Below, piece by piece: positions 6,972 through 14,841 of a stretch of 64,000 nucleotides of DNA; position 1 is the stretch's first letter; each line of letters starts with the position of its first letter. A program made the position numbers and the translations under genes. The notes below the pieces were generated by a model. It did not search any database and was not told where the DNA came from. It saw nothing but the letters and a program-made list of their open reading frames with translations. This stretch comes from an uncultured Bacilli bacterium (GTDB taxonomy: Bacteria > Bacillota_I > Bacilli_A > RF39 > UBA660), in assembly GCA_934155185.1 (NCBI GenBank), contig CAKPGT010000004.1:31910-95909 (forward strand), read 5' to 3'.

Positions 6972-9153
6972 TAAAGCAAAAAAAATAATTAGTTATATTT
7001 TTATTTCCGTTTTACTATCAATATTGATGATTGATAAGGTCTTTGCTGCAAATTTTACTTCAACGGTTATAGAAGATAAGTCTTTCAATTCAAAAAAGTA
7101 CCCAACGAACTATTCATATGATTATGTTAATGGAACTATAAAAAAGGGTACGAGTTATACAAGGTATATATTAAAACCATGGGCATTTTATGTAACTCAA
7201 GGAAGTACTAAAAGGCAAGTATTTTGTATAGAGCAATATAGAAATGCATACTCTCAAAAAACTTATGAAAAATATAACTGTGAAAAAAATAACAGTAGTT
7301 GTGTTGTGTCAGAAAATAAAAAGAAGGATTTAATTAAACAAGCTATATCGGTCGGATATCATGTGACTTCTGCACCTGATAATAAAAATTTTGACAAGGA
7401 GATTGGGACCCTAAATAAGCTTACAAATGACAAGACATACGAGACAATCGCTCTTCAGGAAATAATATGGGAAATAATTAGAGGTGAAAGAACTTCATTT
7501 ACTTATTATGCACCGGACACTTGTAAGAGCAGTGTTAATGAAAAAAAATGTTTATTTTATTCTAAAATTTACAATAAAGGTAGTGGCACTCCCGAGGGAA
7601 AGCTTTTAACCAAATATAAAAGTATAATTAAAAAAGCTAAATATACATTTGATAAAATACCAAAGAATTTTGGTACTAATAGTAAGCCAGGAAGTGTTCA
7701 ACTTACTTACAATGAAAAGAAAAAGGTTTTTACGGCAGATTTACATGATAGTAATGGAGCATATAATAATTTTAATTTCAATTCAAGTAATAAAAACATA
7801 AAATTATCGGCTTCAGCTGATGGAAAAACTCTTACTATTACTAGTACTATAGCAATAGAAAAGGATACTCCAATTAAGATAACAGCTACAAACATAGTAA
7901 ATGATAAAAGCGACTATATTGAATATCATACAACTCAAAACTCTTTATTTCAAAAGTTTGGTTATGGAACAGCCGAGATACAATATTTTTTGGGTGTATA
8001 TACTCCTAAATATAAAATAGAGATAGTAAAACAAGATCAAAATGGAAATACTTTAGCTGGTGCGGAGTTTAAAATTTGTAATAAGAAAGGGTGCCCTAAA
8101 GGCTCAGTTATAGTTTCAAATCTAAAGACTAATAGTGCTGGTGTTGCTGCATATGATCAAATTGCTAAGCCTGGAACTTACTATGTTAGGGAGACTAAAG
8201 CCCCAACTGGTTATAACTTATACAGTAAAGAAATAAGTGTTACCGTAAATAAGAATGTCAAAATTCCAGTTAAGAATACGCCTAATACTTTTAAATTAAA
8301 AAAGTATATATATAATGAGACTGATAATTCAAATAACTTATTAGATACAAATTGTAACTTAGATACGGGTCCAATATTTGAAATTTATCATAAAAATAAT
8401 GGAAAGTATGAGAAAATATATTTTACTGAAAATAAAATTGGATCATATGATTATTATGGAACAAAAAGTGGTGGAAATACTACTTCTAGATTAACTACTT
8501 GTAAAGGAACGTTTGAGGCTTTCAAGTTTCCGGATTGTAAAGATTATAAGATAGTTGAAATACAGGCTCCAGAAGGAGTAACATTATCAAATTTTTCTGG
8601 TGAAATAAGTAACATATGTAATAAAACCCAAGAAGTTATAAATGGTTTTACTGGCCTTGAATTTCAAAAGAAAAATGATGACGGTGAGCTTTTGGATGGT
8701 GGAACATACATTCTTCAAACAAAAATAAACAATGTTTATACTGATGTACTTTTGAAAAAAACTCGAGATGGTGAGTATAGTTATCAAAAAGACTTAGATG
8801 ATTCTGAAAAAGATGCGACTTATGAATTAAAAACTAATAATGGAAAATTTTTAGTGAAGAATTTGCCACCGGGGGAATACAGAATTGTAGAGGCAGAAGC
8901 ACCAGAAGGCTATGAATTAATTAAAGATAAAGATTCTAAAGCGCTTGTTACAATAACCGATGAAAACAAAGATGGATATTATTTAGTTGAGATGATTAAT
9001 TACAAAGTTAATAAAGATGGTGATAATGCTTTCGCTGAGTTAATAGTCACGATAACAACAGGTAGAAAAGTTCTTAACTATGTATTTATAATTTCTGGAT
9101 TAGCCATTTTATTGGGCGCTGTAATAATTATAAGAAAAAAAATAAAGAAATAA
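6964..9153 (+). CDS. surface adhesin-like protein with signal peptide, possible N-terminal thioester domain, three SpaA/Cna-B-type (prealbumin-fold) repeats and a C-terminal TM plus basic tail
   Basis: I prefer the start at MNNKAKKIISYIFISVLLSILMIDKVFA (signal peptide); the track ORF starts at 6934. Repeats: IEIVKQDQNGNTLAGAEFKI...GTYYVRETKAPTGYNL; FEAFKF..YKIVEIQAPEGVTL; LEFQKKNDDGELLDGGTYIL...GEYRIVEAEAPEGYEL. C-terminus is ...VTITTGRKVLNYVFIISGLAILLGAVIIIRKKIKK. It overlaps the upstream gene by 8 nt. Confidence 0.8.
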   Translation: MNNKAKKIISYIFISVLLSILMIDKVFAANFTSTVIEDKSFNSKKYPTNYSYDYVNGTIKKGTSYTRYILKPWAFYVTQGSTKRQVFCIEQYRNAYSQKTYEKYNCEKNNSSCVVSENKKKDLIKQAISVGYHVTSAPDNKNFDKEIGTLNKLTNDKTYETIALQEIIWEIIRGERTSFTYYAPDTCKSSVNEKKCLFYSKIYNKGSGTPEGKLLTKYKSIIKKAKYTFDKIPKNFGTNSKPGSVQLTYNEKKKVFTADLHDSNGAYNNFNFNSSNKNIKLSASADGKTLTITSTIAIEKDTPIKITATNIVNDKSDYIEYHTTQNSLFQKFGYGTAEIQYFLGVYTPKYKIEIVKQDQNGNTLAGAEFKICNKKGCPKGSVIVSNLKTNSAGVAAYDQIAKPGTYYVRETKAPTGYNLYSKEISVTVNKNVKIPVKNTPNTFKLKKYIYNETDNSNNLLDTNCNLDTGPIFEIYHKNNGKYEKIYFTENKIGSYDYYGTKSGGNTTSRLTTCKGTFEAFKFPDCKDYKIVEIQAPEGVTLSNFSGEISNICNKTQEVINGFTGLEFQKKNDDGELLDGGTYILQTKINNVYTDVLLKKTRDGEYSYQKDLDDSEKDATYELKTNNGKFLVKNLPPGEYRIVEAEAPEGYELIKDKDSKALVTITDENKDGYYLVEMINYKVNKDGDNAFAELIVTITTGRKVLNYVFIISGLAILLGAVIIIRKKIKK

Positions 9154-9157
9154 GTAT

Positions 9158-9198
9158 AAAATAGAAAGTATGGTAGATGCATATTTTCTATTTTTTTT
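9158..9198 (+). terminator. rho-independent terminator after the adhesin pair
   Basis: AAAATAGAAA (9158-9167) pairs with TTTCTATTTT (9185-9194), followed by a T-run. Confidence 0.6.
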
Positions 9199-9225
9199 AA
9201 TATATTTTATAGGGGAGAGAACTTT

Positions 9226-9516
9226 ATGAATAAAGAAATTGAAAGACCAGATTTAATAAATCATAACATTAGCATAGTAGAAAGACAAAATATATCTATA
9301 ACTGGTGTAACCAAAATAGATAGTTTTGATAGTGAAGAATTTATGCTTGAGACAACGGCTGGTGCGCTTGGCATTAAGGGGAGAGAACTTGAAATAATTA
9401 AATTAGATACATATGAAGGTAAGATAATGATTAAAGGAATAATAGATGGATTTTCATATCTTGAAGAAAAAAATGGAAAGAAAGAGCCAGGCATGTTATC
9501 TAGGCTGTTTAAATAA
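9226..9516 (+). CDS. yabP: sporulation protein YabP
   Basis: 96 aa. ISIVERQNISITGVTKIDSFDSEEFMLETTAGALGIKGRELEIIKLDTYEGKIMIKG is typical of the YabP family. GGGGAGAG SD. Confidence 0.85.
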   Translation: MNKEIERPDLINHNISIVERQNISITGVTKIDSFDSEEFMLETTAGALGIKGRELEIIKLDTYEGKIMIKGIIDGFSYLEEKNGKKEPGMLSRLFK

Positions 9517-9791
9517 TGAATTTAGAGGAGCAATTTAAAGTAATATTTTATTCCTTTATATATGGTATGTTCTTTTTCTTTACTTATAGGATGTTTAAAT
9601 CAATTCATATTAAAAAAAAGATATTAAAATATATACTTGAATTATTATATTGTATATTAAATATTTTGATATTTTATTTTTTACTATATAAAATAAATAG
9701 TGGCATAATAAGCATCTATGTTTTTATTTTCTTAATTATTGGTGCTATTTTTTGTAAACTATTTTACTTTGCAGACAAAAAACTCTTGTAA
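9516..9791 (+). CDS. yabQ: spore cortex biosynthesis protein YabQ (small membrane protein)
   Basis: 91-aa hydrophobic protein immediately after yabP with a 1-nt overlap (TAATG), matching the conserved yabP-yabQ-divIC order. Confidence 0.7.
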   Translation: MNLEEQFKVIFYSFIYGMFFFFTYRMFKSIHIKKKILKYILELLYCILNILIFYFLLYKINSGIISIYVFIFLIIGAIFCKLFYFADKKLL

Positions 9792-9846
9792 AAATATCAA
9801 GGCTTGCTATAATAATATTAGGAGTGTAGATAAAGGAAGGGATATA

Positions 9847-10125
9847 ATGAAATATAAAAATAGACGTAGAGTAATATTGACCGCGATTTTGTGTTTCTTT
9901 ATAATTGGTTTATCAGTTGCATCATCCATAAATAATATATCTAAAATACGCGAAAAAAGGTTAGAAAAGGCAGGACTAATTAGACGACTTGAAGAATTAA
10001 AGGACGAGCAAAAGACATTATCTGATGATGTAGAAAAACTTAAAAATCCGGAATATGCTGCAAGATATGCAAGAGAGAAATATCTTTACTCAAAAAATGG
10101 CGAAAAAATACTAAAAATAGATTAA
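9847..10125 (+). CDS. divIC: septum formation initiator DivIC/FtsB family
   Basis: I prefer the internal ATG at 9847 (AAAGGAAGGG SD). N-terminal TM segment (VILTAILCFFIIGLSVA) followed by a coiled coil, and ...NPEYAARYAREKYLYSKNGE, typical of DivIC. Confidence 0.8.
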   Translation: MKYKNRRRVILTAILCFFIIGLSVASSINNISKIREKRLEKAGLIRRLEELKDEQKTLSDDVEKLKNPEYAARYAREKYLYSKNGEKILKID

Positions 10126-10149
10126 GCAAGGTATGTACCTTGTTTTTTG
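10126..10149 (+). terminator. terminator after divIC
   Basis: CAAGGT (10127-10132) pairs with ACCTTG (10137-10142), followed by T6. Confidence 0.5.
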
Positions 10150-10184
10150 ATTGTTTTATGATAAAATGTATATGGGCGATTGAA

Positions 10185-10559
10185 ATGAATATAGATGAAA
10201 TTAACATAGCTTCATTAGCATATTTAGGTGATTCAGTTTATGAATTAGAAATTAGAAATCATTTGTTAGCAAATAGTAAGGCTAAGGTAAATGACTTAAA
10301 AAATGAATCAATAAAATATGTAAGTGCGGTATCACAGGCTGGGATTTTAGATAGATTAATAGAAAACGGTATTATATCTTATGATGAGCTTAGTTTAGTT
10401 AAAAGGGCAAGAAATTATAGAACAAACTCAAAACCTAGATATACTGATATCAAATTGTATAAAAAAGCAACTGCACTTGAGGCTCTATTTGGGTATTTGT
10501 ATTTAAGTAATAATACTAATAGAATAAAACAATTAATAAAGGAAATATTTGGTGATTAA
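10185..10559 (+). CDS. mrnC: mini-ribonuclease 3 (Mini-III)
   Basis: ASLAYLGDSVYELEIRNHLL is the RNase III-like signature, and ...ATALEALFGYLYL follows. The start is chosen downstream of the divIC terminator and an extended -10 (TGATAAAAT, 10159-10167). In-frame alternative start at 10158. Confidence 0.75.
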   Translation: MNIDEINIASLAYLGDSVYELEIRNHLLANSKAKVNDLKNESIKYVSAVSQAGILDRLIENGIISYDELSLVKRARNYRTNSKPRYTDIKLYKKATALEALFGYLYLSNNTNRIKQLIKEIFGD

Positions 10560-10560
10560 T

Positions 10561-11265
10561 ATGTATGTATATGGTAAAAATGTTATAAAAGCGTTAATAG
10601 ATAATAATAAAAAAATTAAGAAAGTATATCTTTCTGATAACTTTAATGATTCTAGCTTGTTAGATAGTATCAATAATTTAAATGTAGAAATTAAAACTTT
10701 ACCAAAACAAGAACTTGATAAAATCGAAAAAGGTAACCATCAAGGAATAATAGCCTTAACAGATGATTATAAATATGTTAGTGAAAATGAAATGTTATCT
10801 AATATGAGTGAAAATCCATTCGTGGTAATATTAGACCATTTAGAAGACCCGCATAATTTTGGTGCTATAATAAGAACCTGTGAAGCCGCGGGGGTAGAGT
10901 ATATTATTATACCAAAGGATAGAAGCGTTGGCGTTACTTCAACTGTTGTAAAAACGAGTGTAGGAGCTATATATAATGTTAATATAGTAATGGTAACAAA
11001 CTTAAATAATACCATAAAGAAATTGAAGGAAAAAGGATTATGGATAGTTGGAACAGATATGGTTAATAGCACTTTATATGATGAAATAGATTATAAAGTA
11101 CCTATTGGTATCATAATAGGAAATGAAGGTTCTGGTATGAAGAGTCTTGTTGGCAAAAACTGTGATTTTATAGCGAGAATACCTATGATAGGAAAGGTAA
11201 ATAGTTTAAATGCTTCAGTAGCAGCAGGAATTATGATATATGAAGTTTTAAGGCAAAGAAAGTAA
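10561..11265 (+). CDS. rlmB: 23S rRNA (guanosine-2-prime-O)-methyltransferase RlmB/YacO (SpoU/TrmH family)
   Basis: LDHLEDPHNFGAIIRTCEAAGV...IIIGNEGSGM...IPMIGKVNSLNASVAAGIMIYE are SpoU-family motifs. Confidence 0.85.
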   Translation: MYVYGKNVIKALIDNNKKIKKVYLSDNFNDSSLLDSINNLNVEIKTLPKQELDKIEKGNHQGIIALTDDYKYVSENEMLSNMSENPFVVILDHLEDPHNFGAIIRTCEAAGVEYIIIPKDRSVGVTSTVVKTSVGAIYNVNIVMVTNLNNTIKKLKEKGLWIVGTDMVNSTLYDEIDYKVPIGIIIGNEGSGMKSLVGKNCDFIARIPMIGKVNSLNASVAAGIMIYEVLRQRK

Positions 11266-11274
11266 GGAGGACTA

Positions 11275-11910
11275 ATTACGACTACAACTAAAAAAAACGT
11301 AAAAGAGTATGAGGATGATTTTGAACTTCTTTATTTAGTTTCTGAGGCCGGGGATGTAACAGAAAAAGTTATATATAATAAGTACAAGCCTGTTATTGAA
11401 TATTATTCTAAGATGTTTTTAAGGATGGCTTTAACTAAAGGTTTAGATTATAATGACTTATTTCAGGAAGGTATGATTGGGCTTCAGTCTGCTATTGATA
11501 ATTATAAGGAGCAAAAAAATATCAAATTTTCAACATTTGCATTTATATGTATTAAAAGAAAGATACTTACTGCTGTAAAATTAGCTAGTTCAAAAAAACA
11601 TAGTATACTAAATGAATCATATTCATTAGATTATCAAACAGATGATGATAACTATGATTTTTCAAATACTGTATATATTACTGAAAATAATGCAGAAGAC
11701 TTGCTTGTTGGAAAAGAAAATAAAGAATACTTTAATAAGCGAATTAATGAAGAGTTTACTAATCTTGAAAAGCAAGTATACGAACTTAGATTAAATGATT
11801 TTACTAATGAGGAGATATCTAACATGCTTGGTAAATCATATAAGTCAATTGAAAGCACTTTATTTAGAATAAGAATTAAGTTAAAAAAGATATTAAATGA
11901 AATTGACTAA
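11275..11910 (+). CDS. sigH: RNA polymerase sigma-H factor, apparently initiated at ATT
   Basis: Regions 2-4 are recognisable (DLFQEGMIGLQSAIDNYKEQKNIKFSTFAFICIKRKILTAV; C-terminal LGKSYKSIESTLFRIRIKLKK). The conserved region 2.1-like sequence YEDDFELLYLVSEAGDVTEKVIYNKYKPVIEYYSK lies in frame upstream of the first ATG (11413). There is no ATG, GTG or TTG back to the TAA at 11263. AAGGAGG is at 11264-11270 and ATT at 11275. Confidence 0.6.
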   Translation: MTTTTKKNVKEYEDDFELLYLVSEAGDVTEKVIYNKYKPVIEYYSKMFLRMALTKGLDYNDLFQEGMIGLQSAIDNYKEQKNIKFSTFAFICIKRKILTAVKLASSKKHSILNESYSLDYQTDDDNYDFSNTVYITENNAEDLLVGKENKEYFNKRINEEFTNLEKQVYELRLNDFTNEEISNMLGKSYKSIESTLFRIRIKLKKILNEID

Positions 11911-12006
11911 TTATTATATTTGTGCTAATATCTACTTAGAGGCACGTTTTAGTGTTTTTTATGTACATAAAAATATTTAAACTATTGTATGGATTGGAGA
12001 TGCAAA

Positions 12007-12225
12007 ATGGCAAAAAATAAAAAGAAGAGAGGATTATTTAAATTCCTTAAGGATTTCTTTGAAGACGTAAAAAAAGAAACTAAAAAAGTTCTATGGACTA
12101 GTAAGAAGAACTTATTTAAATATTCATTAATTACAATATTATTTATGGTATTTATATGTTTATTCTTTGTTGGAACTGATTTAATTATAGCGTTAGTATC
12201 ATATGTGAAGGAGTTAATTAGTTAG
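12007..12225 (+). CDS. secE: preprotein translocase subunit SecE
   Basis: Small basic N-terminus plus a single TM helix. Located immediately upstream of nusG. TGGAGA SD 6 nt before the ATG at 12007. Confidence 0.8.
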   Translation: MAKNKKKRGLFKFLKDFFEDVKKETKKVLWTSKKNLFKYSLITILFMVFICLFFVGTDLIIALVSYVKELIS

Positions 12226-12226
12226 T

Positions 12227-12766
12227 ATGGAAGAAGAAAAGAAATGGTATGTTGTTAATACATATTCAGGGCACGAAGCAAAAGTAAAAGAAAAGCTTGA
12301 TATGAGAATTAACTCTATGGATATGCAAGAAAATATATTTAGAGTAATTGTTCCTGAAAGAAAAGAAGTAGAAATAAAAGATGGTAAAAAGGTTGAAAAA
12401 ACAAAAAAACTATTCCCAGGTTATGTTTTAGTTGAAATGATAATGTCTGATGAATCTTGGTATATAGTTCGTAATACACCTGGTGTAACTGGTTTTTTAG
12501 GATCATCAGGTAAGGGTGCAAAACCAGTTCCATTATATGACTATGAAGTAGAAAGATTATTCAAAGAAATAGGAATGGATAAAGATAATATTGTCGTTAA
12601 TTATGAAGTTGGTGATAAAGTTAAGATTACTGATGGTCCATTTAAGATGCTTGCAGGTAAGATAGTAAACCTTGATTTAGAAGATGGAAAGGCAAATGTA
12701 TCAGTCGACTTATTTGGACAAGAAACGAATGTTGAATTAGAATTAACGCAATTTACAAAGGAATAA
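12227..12766 (+). CDS. nusG: transcription termination/antitermination factor NusG
   Basis: KWYVVNTYSGHEAKVKEKL...FPGYVLVEM...VRNTPGVTGFLG...GDKVKITDGPF (NGN plus KOW). Confidence 0.95.
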   Translation: MEEEKKWYVVNTYSGHEAKVKEKLDMRINSMDMQENIFRVIVPERKEVEIKDGKKVEKTKKLFPGYVLVEMIMSDESWYIVRNTPGVTGFLGSSGKGAKPVPLYDYEVERLFKEIGMDKDNIVVNYEVGDKVKITDGPFKMLAGKIVNLDLEDGKANVSVDLFGQETNVELELTQFTKE

Positions 12767-12780
12767 GTTATAAAAAACTA

Positions 12781-12810
12781 TTGCTTTTATCTTATATGCT
12801 GTGATAAAAT
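12781..12810 (+). promoter_or_regulatory. candidate promoter for rplK-rplA
   Basis: TTGCTT (12781-12786), 18-nt spacer, TAAAAT (12805-12810), with TG at 12802-12803 (extended -10). Confidence 0.45.
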
Positions 12811-12852
12811 GTTAGACGCAGCTATATATTTTATATAGATGAAAGAAAAAAA

Positions 12853-12889
12853 GTGGAAGGCGCGGATTAAAATAAGGCTATTTGACCAC
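12853..12889 (+). promoter_or_regulatory. GC-rich structured element in the rplK leader resembling the L1-stalk rRNA motif
   Basis: GTGGAAGG...TTGACCAC can close a helix (GTGG/CCAC). It resembles the better mimic before rplA. It is a GC-rich island in an otherwise AT-rich spacer. Confidence 0.3.
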
Positions 12890-12919
12890 TCGCGAAAAAA
12901 AGTATAGGAGGTGTTTTTC

Positions 12920-13345
12920 GTGGCAAAGGAATTAATTAGAAAATTAAAACTACAATTACCAGCAGGTAAAGCTACACCTGCTCCACCAGTAGGTACTGCA
13001 CTAGGACCATTAGGTGTTAACTCTGGTGAATTTTGTGTTAAATATAATGACGCAACAAGAGATAGAATGGGAGATATAGTTCCAGTTGAAATATCTGTTT
13101 ATGACGATAGAAGTTTTGAACTTAGATTTTTAACTCCACCAACTGCATTCTTAATTAAGAAAGTTGCAAAAGTTAAGAAAGGATCTACAAAGGGTTCTTC
13201 AGAAATTGTTGGTTCTTTAACTACTGAACAATTAAAAGAAATTGCTGAAATTAAATTACCTGATTTAAATGCTTATACTGTTGAAGGAGCTATGAAAATA
13301 GTTGCAGGGACAGCTAAGAATATGGGTATTGAAATAAAAGATTAA
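12920..13345 (+). CDS. rplK: 50S ribosomal protein L11
   Basis: GTG start 7 nt after TAGGAGGTG. AKELIRKLKLQLPAGKATPAPPVGTALGPLGVN. Confidence 0.95.
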   Translation: MAKELIRKLKLQLPAGKATPAPPVGTALGPLGVNSGEFCVKYNDATRDRMGDIVPVEISVYDDRSFELRFLTPPTAFLIKKVAKVKKGSTKGSSEIVGSLTTEQLKEIAEIKLPDLNAYTVEGAMKIVAGTAKNMGIEIKD

Positions 13346-13382
13346 TTAAAATAAAAAATAACAATCATATAGAGATATCTAT

Positions 13383-13410
13383 GTGGGAGGATAATCCGCT
13401 ATAAACCACA
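13383..13410 (+). promoter_or_regulatory. putative L1 autoregulatory site (mimic of the 23S rRNA L1-stalk binding site) just upstream of the rplA SD
   Basis: GTGGGAGG-N12-ATAAACCAC resembles the 23S rRNA H76-78 strands GGUGGGAGG...GAAAUACCACC as I recall them. It directly abuts the GGGAGG SD of rplA. Confidence 0.5.
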
Positions 13411-13423
13411 GGGAGGTAAGAAA

Positions 13424-14122
13424 ATGAAAAAGAAAAGTAAGAAATATCAAGAGGCTTTAAACAAGATTGAAAAAGGTAAACTTTATTCTCTTGAAGAAGC
13501 TGTAAAATTGGTAAAGGAAACTTCTGTATCAAAATTTGATGGTACTGTTGAAATAGCAGTTAGATTAAACTTAGATACAAAGAAAAATGACCAACAATTA
13601 AGAGGAGCAATAGTATTGCCTCATGGTACTGGTAAAACTAAAAAGGTTTTAGTACTAGCTAAAGGTGATGCTGCAAAGTCTGCTACTGAAGCAGGTGCTG
13701 ATTATGTTGGTGATGTTGACATGATTACAAAGATTGACAAGGAAAATTGGTTTGATTTTGATGTAATTATTGCAACACCTGAGATGATGCCTTTATTAGG
13801 TAGATTAGGTAAGGTTTTAGGACCAAAAGGATTAATGCCTAACCCTAAGACTGGTACAGTTACAATGGATACTAAGAAAGCAGTAGAAGACGTTAAGAAG
13901 GGACGTGTTGAATACCGTACTGATTCTTACGCAAACGTACATGCTATCGTTGGTAAAGTTTCATTTACTGAAGAAGATTTAGCTGATAACATTAAAGCAT
14001 TCATGGATGTTATTATTAAATCAAAACCACAAGCAGCTAAAGGTATATATTTAAAGAATGTTTCCTTAGCTTCAACAATGGGTCCTGGCATTAAAGTTAG
14101 CTTAGACTCATTTGACAAATAA
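13424..14122 (+). CDS. rplA: 50S ribosomal protein L1
   Basis: [35 protein letters not shown]...[15 protein letters not shown]. Confidence 0.95.
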   Translation: MKKKSKKYQEALNKIEKGKLYSLEEAVKLVKETSVSKFDGTVEIAVRLNLDTKKNDQQLRGAIVLPHGTGKTKKVLVLAKGDAAKSATEAGADYVGDVDMITKIDKENWFDFDVIIATPEMMPLLGRLGKVLGPKGLMPNPKTGTVTMDTKKAVEDVKKGRVEYRTDSYANVHAIVGKVSFTEEDLADNIKAFMDVIIKSKPQAAKGIYLKNVSLASTMGPGIKVSLDSFDK

Positions 14123-14149
14123 TAATAAATATTATATTATTAGTAGTAG

Positions 14150-14305
14150 TTATTGCCAAAGTGCAATTAATTATAGGTACCAAAGACAGTAGGAGCTTTA
14201 AATGTAGCGTAACTTATATTCCTACCGAGGACTAAAGCAAATATGTTTTTTAGGGTCTTTATTTGGTATCAAGTAAAGGCCTTTTTAGGTACTTATTAAT
14301 ATAGT
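14150..14305 (+). promoter_or_regulatory. putative rplJ (L10) leader with terminator-like hairpin
   Basis: 198-nt untranslated spacer before rplJ. GGTCTTTA...TAAAGGCC hairpin followed by TTTTTA, just upstream of the AAAGGAGG SD. An L10(L12)4-binding leader is known at this position in Firmicutes. Confidence 0.45.
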
Positions 14306-14320
14306 AAAGGAGGCAACCAA

Positions 14321-14821
14321 ATGGCAAATAAAGCTATCATAGCTAAAAAAGAAGAGATAGTAAATGAAATAGCTGACCGCGTTAAAAACGCAAATGGTGT
14401 TGTTTTATTTGACTATCGTGGTTTAACTGATACTGAAATCACTGAATTACGTCGTAAGTTACGTGATGCTGATGCTTCTTATAAAGTATATAAAAATACT
14501 TTAACAAAAAGAGCATTTGATAAAATATCAGTTAACTTAGATGATTGTTTAGAAGGACCATCTGCAATTGCAACTTCAGATGATGCTATTGCTCCTGTTA
14601 AGATATTAGCAGAGTTTGCAAAAGATCATCCAGCATTAGAGCTAAAGGGTGGAATTGTTGATGGAAAAGAAACAAGTCTAGCAGAATTAAACGAGTTAGC
14701 AACTATACCATCAAGAGATGGATTACTTACTATGCTTGCTGCTGGCTTAATGGAACATGTTAAAAATGTTGCAATATGCCTTGACTTACATAGTCAAAAT
14801 TTAGAAGAAAAAGAAAATTAA
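14321..14821 (+). CDS. rplJ: 50S ribosomal protein L10
   Basis: VVLFDYRGLTDTEITELRRKLRDADASYKVYKNTL. Confidence 0.95.
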   Translation: MANKAIIAKKEEIVNEIADRVKNANGVVLFDYRGLTDTEITELRRKLRDADASYKVYKNTLTKRAFDKISVNLDDCLEGPSAIATSDDAIAPVKILAEFAKDHPALELKGGIVDGKETSLAELNELATIPSRDGLLTMLAAGLMEHVKNVAICLDLHSQNLEEKEN

Positions 14822-14841
14822 AAAAATAGGAGGAAAATAAA

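Noticed and set aside
11263-11265. Stop-codon read-through or an RlmB-SigH fusion, because both ORFs share a frame and are separated by one TAA
   Set aside because: A strong SD overlaps the stop and the proteins are unrelated stand-alone enzymes in other bacteria. Independent initiation at ATT is the simpler explanation.
12839-12907. 22-codon ORF (MKEKKWKARIKIRLFDHSRKKV) in the rplK leader
   Set aside because: It has no SD and overlaps the GC-rich structured element, which is better explained as an RNA regulatory site.
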